DNA from: a bacterium
GTDB lineage: Bacteria; SZUA-182; DTGQ01; JAFGSM01
Assembly: GCA_049472355.1 (NCBI GenBank)
Contig: JBLIRP010000071.1
Location: forward strand, 1 to 18,661
DNA length: 18,661 nt
Direction: 5' to 3'
Of the stretch, positions 1-7,616 are shown one piece after another; positions within the stretch are counted from its first letter, which is position 1; each line of letters begins with the position of its first letter. The position numbers and the translations under genes were made by a program. Under the pieces are notes generated by a model that made no database searches, was not told the DNA's origin, and worked only from the letters and a program-made list of their open reading frames with translations.

Positions 1-62
1 ACCTTGATGGCGCTCGCCCCGATATCCAACCCTACCAGATCCTTTTTCTCGAACGGATTCAC
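1..62 (-). CDS. pilM: Type IV pilus assembly protein PilM, N-terminal fragment (continues beyond window start)
   Basis: Not in the ORF track. Manual translation from GTG at 62 gives MNPFEKKDLVGLDIGASAIK(V), the actin-like phosphate-1 motif (GLDIGxxxIK) typical of the PilM N-terminus. It lies directly downstream of a minor pilin/pilY1 cluster. Confidence 0.85.
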   Translation of the reverse strand, partial: MNPFEKKDLVGLDIGASAIK

Positions 63-108
63 TCTACGCCACCTGCCTTCCTTCCGGCCTTATGCCTGCT
101 GTGATTGT

Positions 109-136
109 GCCCGGGTGTACTGCAGTGCACCCAGGC
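109..136. promoter_or_regulatory. 28-bp near-perfect palindrome in the pilM leader
   Basis: GCCCGGGTGTACTGCAGTGCACCCAGGC: 12 of 14 symmetric pairs are complementary. It lies between the predicted promoter and the pilM start. Confidence 0.45.
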
Positions 137-164
137 GATCATGGGAATAAAAGAATTCCATTGA

Positions 165-193
165 AAAATATATCAAATCCCCACTCCTGTCAA
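165..193 (-). promoter_or_regulatory. Putative sigma70 promoter upstream of pilM
   Basis: Minus strand TTGACA (193-188), 17-nt spacer, TATTTT (170-165), in an AT-rich intergenic patch. Confidence 0.55.
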
Positions 194-205
194 GTGCCCC
201 GGGCC

Positions 206-1321
206 TCAGCGCCGACTCACCTCGAACTGCAGGTTCAGGGTAAACCACTGCGATGTTTCCCCCCCTTCGCTGTCCTGGGCGAGGACCTCTATCCGGTTCA
301 ATCCCTGTTCCACATCCCGCGGGATTCTCCATACCAGGCGCCCGCTCTCCCTGTCAATGGTCACCCCCGAAGGAGTGCCCGGGGAAAGGGAGTAGACGAT
401 CGGGTCATCGTCCATATCTTCGGCGCGCACCTCGTACACAAACGTTCCCGGCTCCTCAAAATAAGTGGGCGGATGGGACACGATCCGGGGGGGCGAATTG
501 TTCACGATCGCCACCGCGGACAGGAGCGTGGTGCCATGATCGAACCCGTCAAAGGGGGTTGCCTTGACCTGTATGCGGTCCCCCTTTGCATAGTGCGCCG
601 GGTCGAGGCGGAATTCATTCTGGCCATGGATCTCAACACCGTTATTGACCCATTGGTAGAGGATTTCGATCTCGTCATTGTCCTGGTCCTCGGCCTTGGC
701 ATCCACGTATACCTCGGTATCGGTAAAGAGGACCTTCGGTTGGATCGAGGCGGACAGCATGACCGGCGGGGTGTTGGCGATCCGCACATCCCCGCTCCTC
801 ACCGGCTTACCCTCCACCGCCATCATGACCGGCACTGCCGTCACCGCAATGATGTCCCCCCGTTCGAACAGGGCGCTGTTCAATGTTCTTCCGGTCGCCC
901 CCTCGATCACGAAGTCGTTCCGCTCCCATTGATAACGAAAGAGGATCTTGTCCTGATTCCCCTTCATCTCCACATTGGCCAGCAGGGAGTCCCTGCCGGT
1001 GGGGTCCGACGGGGTTATGTACACCCGCGTGATTGCGGGGACGCTCCTGGTGATGGTCATGTCGGCGGAAAGCGTCTGCTGCGGTCTCTCCGAGACCCCC
1101 AGGAACAGGAAATATCCCGCCGCGATCACTGCCGCCAAGAGTATGATCCACACGATTTTGAACCTGAGCTTAAATCCCTGGGAGAGGCTCCACTGTAGCC
1201 CGTGCCCCGGGGGGGAGCCGGCGCCCCTTCCCCGGGGCCCGCCGGATCCCTTCTTTGCCTTCGTGCGTGCAATGAATCGCTTGTGATGCCCCGTTGCATC
1301 CAGGTTGAATGAATCGCTCAT
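206..1321 (-). CDS. Membrane-anchored protein with three Ig/cadherin-like domains (371 aa)
   Basis: RBS AAAGGA before the ATG at 1321; one hydrophobic helix (IVWIILLAAVIAAGYFLFLGV); two related repeats with YQW and (R/K)GDxI motifs; NTPP/NSPP linkers; C-terminal He_PIG/cadherin-like unit (AEDMDDDPIVYSL...PSGVTIDRESGRLVW). Confidence 0.85.
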   Translation of the reverse strand: MSDSFNLDATGHHKRFIARTKAKKGSGGPRGRGAGSPPGHGLQWSLSQGFKLRFKIVWIILLAAVIAAGYFLFLGVSERPQQTLSADMTITRSVPAITRVYITPSDPTGRDSLLANVEMKGNQDKILFRYQWERNDFVIEGATGRTLNSALFERGDIIAVTAVPVMMAVEGKPVRSGDVRIANTPPVMLSASIQPKVLFTDTEVYVDAKAEDQDNDEIEILYQWVNNGVEIHGQNEFRLDPAHYAKGDRIQVKATPFDGFDHGTTLLSAVAIVNNSPPRIVSHPPTYFEEPGTFVYEVRAEDMDDDPIVYSLSPGTPSGVTIDRESGRLVWRIPRDVEQGLNRIEVLAQDSEGGETSQWFTLNLQFEVSRR

Positions 1322-1333
1322 TTTTGTCCTTTC

Positions 1334-4300
1334 TTAGTAGTGGTTTATGTATTCCTTCCAGTAGAGTTCCTTCACGGTCCCCGATACAAAGCTGGGGGTG
1401 GAGGGCACGGCCTTCAGGCTGCTTTGCTCACCGCCCCCCAGGCCCGACACCCCGACCAGCACTGCGCTGGGGTCTCCCACGATGTCCACGCCGGTGACCT
1501 TCCCGTCACCCGCAAAGATGCTGAGAAACTGGGAACTGTTTGAAAACCCGCATTCCCCGAATGCGCCCAGCTTGTATACCACCAGGTAGCTCTTCCCGTG
1601 CTGGCACCCGACATCCACGGGCGGCACATACACCAGGAAGATGGTCTCGTACTGGGAGGTGTACTCGTTTTTGATGATCACGGGCGAGGCGTTTACCCTG
1701 GCCCGGGCCGGGAAGTACTCGCCCGTATTTGCATCCATGATGAGGTCGGTGAACAGGATCTTCTTCGATCCCACCACCTGGTCGCTGCTGTCCAGGTGAA
1801 GGAGGAACAGGCCGGACACGAAGGAGCACCCCTCGTAGTTGATGCTCGGGTCGTCATAGGTGCCGGATGCGATCACCATGGTGGTGCACTCGGCAGCCCC
1901 CTCTCCGATATGCAGCACCGCCGGGGAGTAGAAGAAGGGATGCCATACGCTGGCGTCGTAGATCTGGTCCATATGCCAATAGTACGGTCTATTCAACGTG
2001 TCCATGTGCCACACCCTCCCTGCGGTGTCCACCATGTAGGCGTCGGTGATAAATCCATACTGCTCGTAGCACACGGCGTCTGCCATTAAGCCGTGGTGCA
2101 CGATGGTGTAAGGTGCACCCAGGTTCTGGGAGAAGAGGAGTTTCCCGTTGTCATCGTCATCCTCGTCGAATCGTATGGCCATGAAGGTGATGCCTTCGGC
2201 GTCCGCGCTCGTTGGGTCGTCGTATCCGGAGCCCAAAAAGGCGGTGAATATGCTCTTCTTGTAGTCATAGATCTTGTAGGAGATCTGGCCGATGGCGGGG
2301 GTGGACCAGGATTCGCCGACGATCGGCTCATAGATGTTCCTCAGGTTCTTGTCCCGGGTATGCCAGAGCACCTTGAACGGCTTGCTCGCATTGTAGTCAT
2401 GGTCCCCCGGCGAGGGATGGGTGACATCCAGGGCGAAGTAGTTATAACCCCCGGGGCCCTCGCCGCAGACCAGAACGGTCCTCCACGTATCCTTGTCATC
2501 GTCTTCGAGCAGGACATCGTATGCCTTGGGTGATGCCGCCACCCCGAAGATATGTGCCAGGGGATCCACCGGCTGTCCGAGGTTGAGGTAAAGCTCCTTC
2601 ACCTTGGGGAGAAGGTCGGGCGGCACATAGGCGAATTCCTCCCTGCCGGTGAGAATGTCGAAGGCATGGAGCATGCCGTCGTTCGATCCGCAGTAGACGA
2701 GGGTCTTTCGACGCTCGTAGGTCTTCTCGAATACGTCGTGCCCGGGCATGGCCTCGGGATACAGGGGGGTGTAGGGAGGTCCCACCGAGACCGGGGTGCA
2801 GTTGGTCACGTCGAAAAGCCTCCAGGAGCGGGTCTTTCCGGCGATGAACTCGATGATCTCCAGGGTCTCAGCGGCGCTCAGTCCCAGGCCGAGCGCCAGG
2901 AGCTTAAGGGTGTTGGGCACCCCGGAGCTGTCGAAGAAGGGGACCAGGTTGTTGGAAGAGTCCGAGGTATAGATCTTCCGTTCGTTCCATTCCACGTGGT
3001 CTGCGTTCAGCATCTCTCCTGCGTCCCACAGTATCTGGTCCTTCGAGAGGTCATACGCCTTCAGGTGCCCTCTCCAGGAGGGGAACTCCGCTGAGCCCAG
3101 GAGCCCGATGTTCCCGATGAGGCGCCCCATCCCCCCTGAACCTGAGGTGGGTGACGATGTGGCGTAGTCACCTGCAGCAGCCTCGAAGATGATGTTCAGG
3201 AGTGCCTCCTCGAGCGCCTCCTGGGAGGTCGCATAGTAGGCATGCTCGGTGCCCCCCTTGATGGCGATCTCGTTGAGGGTGGTGCTCCCCGCGGTGTCGG
3301 CGCCGAACCCGACCATGTAGACCTTGACCCCGTAGTTTTTGTAAAGGTCCGCGGCAGCGTTCTTGGCGTATCCCGCCTCTTCCGAGGGGGAGGGCTCACC
3401 GTCCGTCACGAAGATGACGGCGTTTCTGCGGCACTCCAGGATGTCCTTCTTGTCGATCTCCGCAAGGAAGTATTCCTTGAAGTCGTTGTAATAGCCCGAC
3501 ACCACCGTGTCGTTGCGCAGGGTGGAACCGGTGGGGGTGGCTCCGATGGAAATGAGCCCCCCTTCATCCTGCGGCTGCATCCACTGGATGATCTCGTCGA
3601 CCTTCTGGCCCTGAACTTCCTTGTCCGCTGAAAGGGATATGGGCACCAGCACGATCCCGCCCCGGTACACCGCATAGGTGTCCCGGGCTCCCACCGGGTG
3701 CACGTCATCGTTCCACGAACCCGATACGCTCGAGTACTTGAAGTTTTTGCCGTCCATCCCATGGTAATAGAGGAATACATCGTTCGGGTCCACGTTGCCG
3801 CTGCACCCGTTGTTTAGGTCCTCGTCGCCGGTGGCGACGAATTCCTTGCCGTGGAACTTGGTGAAGTAGTAGATCGTATCATCGGTTTCCAACTGCTTCA
3901 GGTACTTGTAGTTGCTCCCCTTGTAATCCCATGTATACATCTTGCCGGTGTCGGGGTCTGCGAAGTCGCACTTTTTCCCGCAGAAGGTATGCCAGGCGTT
4001 GATCCGTTTCGCGCCCTCCTCTTTCTTGTCTTTCTTGCCCAACTTTCTCTCGTACTCCGAGCTGTCACCTCCCATCAGGAGGTACTCCACCCCGTTGAAC
4101 TCGAATACGTCAACCGGGCGGTGCTCGGGCTTGCCGCTGTTTGCGGGCTGATTGGGCTTGCCGTCCACGGTGTAGATTTTCTTGTCAAGCTCCTTCTTGC
4201 TGAAATACATTTTTTCATACAGCGGCGGGTCCGACCCCACCTTGTAGTAGGGGAAGTACCCCTTTATTTCGCTCGTCTTCCGGTAGTGGGTCTGCAGGAA

Positions 4301-4615
4301 GGACATGAGCCCGAAGTTCGCCAGGCCCCGGCAGTTGTTGAGCACGTCCTCGATGACCGTCTTGGCGATGAACAGGCGGCTGTCCTTGTGCGCCCCGTAC
4401 ACATGACCATCACTGTCGGGCCACGTCAACGCCTTCCCGTCGATGTCCCACTGCATACTCCCCGAGGTGTCCACGATGAACATGATGTTCGGCGGGACCA
4501 CCATGTCCTCGAGGGCCTTCAGGGGCTTCATCTTCGCATGAGAGGCGGATACGAAGAGGAGAACACCTGCAAGGCAGACGACGATCATCCATTGCCGGTT
4601 CTTTTTGTAAAACAT
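1334..4615 (-). CDS. pilY1: PilY1/PilC-family pilus tip adhesin B (vWA + beta-propeller), ~1093 aa
   Basis: Start moved to ATG 4615 (AGGAGGT RBS 5 nt upstream); signal peptide ending ASHA; MIDAS DTSGS...GATPT...VTDG; propeller motifs WRGHLKAY, VYCGSNDGMLHAF, EEFAYVP, YFALDVT, GESWSTP, GSGY; C-terminal YWKE. Confidence 0.92.
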   Translation of the reverse strand: MFYKKNRQWMIVVCLAGVLLFVSASHAKMKPLKALEDMVVPPNIMFIVDTSGSMQWDIDGKALTWPDSDGHVYGAHKDSRLFIAKTVIEDVLNNCRGLANFGLMSFLQTHYRKTSEIKGYFPYYKVGSDPPLYEKMYFSKKELDKKIYTVDGKPNQPANSGKPEHRPVDVFEFNGVEYLLMGGDSSEYERKLGKKDKKEEGAKRINAWHTFCGKKCDFADPDTGKMYTWDYKGSNYKYLKQLETDDTIYYFTKFHGKEFVATGDEDLNNGCSGNVDPNDVFLYYHGMDGKNFKYSSVSGSWNDDVHPVGARDTYAVYRGGIVLVPISLSADKEVQGQKVDEIIQWMQPQDEGGLISIGATPTGSTLRNDTVVSGYYNDFKEYFLAEIDKKDILECRRNAVIFVTDGEPSPSEEAGYAKNAAADLYKNYGVKVYMVGFGADTAGSTTLNEIAIKGGTEHAYYATSQEALEEALLNIIFEAAAGDYATSSPTSGSGGMGRLIGNIGLLGSAEFPSWRGHLKAYDLSKDQILWDAGEMLNADHVEWNERKIYTSDSSNNLVPFFDSSGVPNTLKLLALGLGLSAAETLEIIEFIAGKTRSWRLFDVTNCTPVSVGPPYTPLYPEAMPGHDVFEKTYERRKTLVYCGSNDGMLHAFDILTGREEFAYVPPDLLPKVKELYLNLGQPVDPLAHIFGVAASPKAYDVLLEDDDKDTWRTVLVCGEGPGGYNYFALDVTHPSPGDHDYNASKPFKVLWHTRDKNLRNIYEPIVGESWSTPAIGQISYKIYDYKKSIFTAFLGSGYDDPTSADAEGITFMAIRFDEDDDDNGKLLFSQNLGAPYTIVHHGLMADAVCYEQYGFITDAYMVDTAGRVWHMDTLNRPYYWHMDQIYDASVWHPFFYSPAVLHIGEGAAECTTMVIASGTYDDPSINYEGCSFVSGLFLLHLDSSDQVVGSKKILFTDLIMDANTGEYFPARARVNASPVIIKNEYTSQYETIFLVYVPPVDVGCQHGKSYLVVYKLGAFGECGFSNSSQFLSIFAGDGKVTGVDIVGDPSAVLVGVSGLGGGEQSSLKAVPSTPSFVSGTVKELYWKEYINHY

Positions 4616-4691
4616 GGCGCACCTCCTGTTATGTTCCGTTGACGTTGTTTTTCTTCCCGTACCTGTCATGCTGTATCCCGTGAGCCATCCA

Positions 4692-5267
4692 TCAGTTCCA
4701 GTCGATGTTGGCGACGGTCACGTTGATGTTGTCGGAGGTGATGTCCTTTCCCCCGTATGAGTGAACACTTCCGGGCTCCCATTCCACCGCTGCCTCAAGG
4801 ACCTTCGGCTCCCCGCTGCTTCCCATGCCCTCGGCAACGACCACCATGATGTTGTCAAGATTGGTGCTGTACCATTCGTTGACCGTATAGTTCGGGTCCC
4901 CGAATACAAAATCGTCGAAATTGTTCCTTACCTTTATGGTGTAGCGCATCCCCTGGAACTCCACGTCGGACATCCCGGGCAGCGTCACCTCCGGGTTCGA
5001 GGCGGTTGCGGTGCTGATATAGTCGTTCCAGTCCTCGATGGAGGTGCCGCGAAGGATGTTGATCCCCTGCTGGAGCGCGGCCTCGGCCGCATAGAATTTC
5101 TGTTTGATCACGCGGTAGTTGTGCGAGATCATGATGTCGGTGGTGGAAAGGTAGATGCCCGCCAGTCCCAGAACCGTCAGCATCACCATGACGACGAGCG
5201 CCGCAAGTATGGCGACACCTCGTTGGTTGCCAATGATCATGGCGTATTTCCGTGCCGGGCTTTGCAT
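4692..5267 (-). CDS. pilX: PilX-like minor pilin (cassette B)
   Basis: NQRG|VAILAAL class III signal lacking Glu5; STTDIMISHN...FYAAEAA PilX N-terminal motif; RBS GAGGT; immediately upstream of pilY1. Confidence 0.88.
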   Translation of the reverse strand: MQSPARKYAMIIGNQRGVAILAALVVMVMLTVLGLAGIYLSTTDIMISHNYRVIKQKFYAAEAALQQGINILRGTSIEDWNDYISTATASNPEVTLPGMSDVEFQGMRYTIKVRNNFDDFVFGDPNYTVNEWYSTNLDNIMVVVAEGMGSSGEPKVLEAAVEWEPGSVHSYGGKDITSDNINVTVANIDWN

Positions 5268-5276
5268 GGTGGCACC

Positions 5277-6257
5277 TCACTCTCTGTTTCTGACCTTGAC
5301 CATTGAGGTCATGGTCCTTCTCCGGAAGTGGTCCCCGTAATGGGGGTTGGTATACTCAGGCTCCTCTTTGGAGGTCCTGGCGACGATGCTTATCTGGACG
5401 TCGTTTCCCTGCGCCGTAACCTCGAGCGACTCGATGTCCTCGACTAAAGCCTCGAATTCCCAAATATTGCACTTCCTGGCGAGCACCGGGTGCCCCTTGT
5501 CATGATACGTGAACGTGGAATCGTTCTTGTCGTTGAATACCGCATAGGACACCACGTTGACGACCCCCACCTCCGTGCCTGCCCGGTATCCGCCCACGTT
5601 CACCAGCCCCTGACAACCGCCCCAGTAGGGATTGGTGTCGATGTACAGCCAACTGTTTGAAATGGAGACCACCTTGGCGTATTCCAGGTCGTCCACAGGG
5701 TAGCGCACCGTGCCGAACCCGATGTATATGATGTCCCCCTTATGGAAGCGGTCGGCGGTCTCTTCCACGGAGGTATTCAGCTTGATCCAAGTCTCACCGA
5801 ACGGTTCGCCATCTACAAGCTGTATGTCGGGATCAGAATCCGCGTACGTGAAGATGAGCATGTCGTCCCGCGGGTCGCACGCCCCCTGCCTGATGACCAT
5901 GTTGTCGGCCATGGCAGGGGTGTTGTAGGGTACTGTTGCCGCAAGATCGAATGGAAAGGATGATGTATAATTGGTCCACCACAAGGTGGACACAAAGGGG
6001 TGGAACACGGTGGTGCCCGAGCCCGTCTTGAATCCCGCCATCCTGATCTCGGATACCATCCGGTTCATGGCGAACCGGATGCCCTGGTTCATCTCGTTGA
6101 CCCTGGTCTGGATGTTATGGGACTTGTGGTGGCTGTTGCAGTAGGCATAAATCCCGCTCATCACCACAAGGGACATCACCAGGGCGATGATCAGCTCGAT
6201 GATGCTGAATCCCTTTGACCAGCGAAGGTCCGTTCTCCTGGTGCACTGGTGGTCCAT
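5277..6257 (-). CDS. pilW: PilW-like minor pilin (cassette B)
   Basis: KG|FSIIE prepilin site; QGIRFAMNRMVSEIRMAGF helix motif; C-terminal RRTMTSMVKVRN typical of PilW. Confidence 0.88.
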   Translation of the reverse strand: MDHQCTRRTDLRWSKGFSIIELIIALVMSLVVMSGIYAYCNSHHKSHNIQTRVNEMNQGIRFAMNRMVSEIRMAGFKTGSGTTVFHPFVSTLWWTNYTSSFPFDLAATVPYNTPAMADNMVIRQGACDPRDDMLIFTYADSDPDIQLVDGEPFGETWIKLNTSVEETADRFHKGDIIYIGFGTVRYPVDDLEYAKVVSISNSWLYIDTNPYWGGCQGLVNVGGYRAGTEVGVVNVVSYAVFNDKNDSTFTYHDKGHPVLARKCNIWEFEALVEDIESLEVTAQGNDVQISIVARTSKEEPEYTNPHYGDHFRRRTMTSMVKVRNRE

Positions 6258-6260
6258 GGC

Positions 6261-6701
6261 TTATGCCTCGTTTCGTATAATGGTTGTAAGGGCGATGTAG
6301 TGCCACCGGGTATCCTCCCATCCGACGATGACGGTCACCGTCTTCAGGCGGGCTGCAGGGGTGTCGTTCGCCACGTTCCACACCCGGATCAGCCTCGAGT
6401 CGGGTGAGTCATTGGCATGGTCCGGATTGGTGAACAAGGAGGGATTCTGCTTGATCTCGGTGCTTATGTCATTCTTGTTGTTATCCGTATCGGCAAGGTC
6501 CCCATCTTTATAGGTGAGTCGCTTCAGCTCCTCGAGCTTGTCCTCGGCAAGGTTTACCGCAAGGGTGGCATAGTTTGCCGCCTTGTTCCCCGCTATGGTG
6601 GCATAGTGGAGCCCGGCGATTCCCAGCAGGCCTACGGCCAGGAATACCATCGCCACCATCACCTCGATGATGGTAAACCCTGCGTGTCGTGTCATTGTCA
6701 T
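6261..6701 (-). CDS. pilV: PilV-like minor pilin (cassette B)
   Basis: AG|FTIIEVMVAMVFLAVGLLGIAGL; AVNLAEDKLEELK; KTVTVIVGW. Confidence 0.88.
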   Translation of the reverse strand: MTMTRHAGFTIIEVMVAMVFLAVGLLGIAGLHYATIAGNKAANYATLAVNLAEDKLEELKRLTYKDGDLADTDNNKNDISTEIKQNPSLFTNPDHANDSPDSRLIRVWNVANDTPAARLKTVTVIVGWEDTRWHYIALTTIIRNEA

Positions 6702-6711
6702 GTGCGTTCAC

Positions 6712-7212
6712 CTACCATGAGTTATGGACCCTTATAATGCCGGTGGTGTCGATTATCTCGATCCGCCGCTGGAGATCCTTTGAGTTTTTAAGATATATCT
6801 CTTCATCATCGGCAGTGCCGTCGGGATTGAAGCTGATCAGGAACGTGCCGTTGTCATTGGCTAAATTTCCAATGTAGGCGATATCCACCCCCTCCCTGAT
6901 CTGCCGGGAGGTCATCTCCGTATCCGTCACCCAATTTGCGGTGTCAAGGTCGTAGAATTCACCCTTATAGAAATCCGGATCGGGGTATTCTTCCAGGGTT
7001 AAGCTGACCCGGTACTGGGTGTTGAGGCTGATGGACTTGAAGCGCGCCCTCTGGAAGTCGTTGTGCAGGGCGGAGACCTGTGCATTGAGAAGGAAGCGGG
7101 GCATTACGCCCACTATGGAAGGAACCGCGAGGGTGGTGGCAACGGTGATAATCGACACCACGACCGCTACCTCGATGAGGGTCATGCCCCCAATCCAGCG
7201 TTTTCTCATCAT
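6712..7212 (-). CDS. fimU: FimU/FimT (GspH-like) minor pilin (cassette B)
   Basis: GG|MTLIE prepilin site; LHNDFQRARFKSISLN; ISFNPDG; GGAGG RBS 7 nt upstream; first gene of the cassette. Confidence 0.82.
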   Translation of the reverse strand: MMRKRWIGGMTLIEVAVVVSIITVATTLAVPSIVGVMPRFLLNAQVSALHNDFQRARFKSISLNTQYRVSLTLEEYPDPDFYKGEFYDLDTANWVTDTEMTSRQIREGVDIAYIGNLANDNGTFLISFNPDGTADDEEIYLKNSKDLQRRIEIIDTTGIIRVHNSW

Positions 7213-7280
7213 AAATATGCCTCCATGGAGTTATTTATTCTTTTATCGGCAAAATAAAAAAATTGATCGGAGGGATATGA

Positions 7281-7519
7281 GCAATTCTCATTGTGAACGT
7301 AGCAAAGGATGGGGGGCAGGCATGTTTGCTTCGCTAGACGGGAAGGCTTTTTTAATTTTCTAAGGCTCGCTTCGCTACATTGCGCAAACTCGCTTCGCTC
7401 GGACATGCGCAATGTTATACGCTGCGCTTCGCCAAGAAAATTTAGAAAAAGCCTCCCTATATCGCTCCGCAAACATACCTGCCCCCCTATTGAACATAGA
7501 GGGTCAAAATGAGAATTGC
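7281..7519. repeat. 239-bp non-coding MITE/REP-like element with nested inverted repeats
   Basis: Terminal IRs 7281-7296 and 7504-7519 (15/16 match, GCAATTCTCATTkTGA); internal imperfect arms 7311-7366 and 7431-7487; central perfect 10-bp stem ACATTGCGCA 7377-7386 / 7406-7415; CTCGCTTCGCT repeated at 7366-7376 and 7389-7399. Confidence 0.8.
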
Positions 7520-7616
7520 CGCGGGGGAGGAGGAAGGAAGGGAACGGAAGGAGCACTGTTTTGAATATCTGCGGATGACCAAAATAGTGCGGAGAAAAAC
7601 TGCTGGTCGAATGTGG

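Noticed and set aside
808..840. Possible compensating frameshifts in the Ig protein (VPVMMAVEG where the second repeat has TPFDG; an alternative frame reads HDGG)
   Set aside because: The frame is intact and the evidence is too short to distinguish from ordinary divergence.
1204..1238. GC-rich hairpin (GCCCCGGGG...CCCCGGGGC) as a terminator after pilY1-B
   Set aside because: It has no U-tract on the minus strand and lies inside an open frame with a good RBS at 1321.
7209..7556. 115-aa minus-strand ORF and 67-aa plus-strand ORF in the cassette junction
   Set aside because: They are translations of the inverted-repeat element with no protein-like features.
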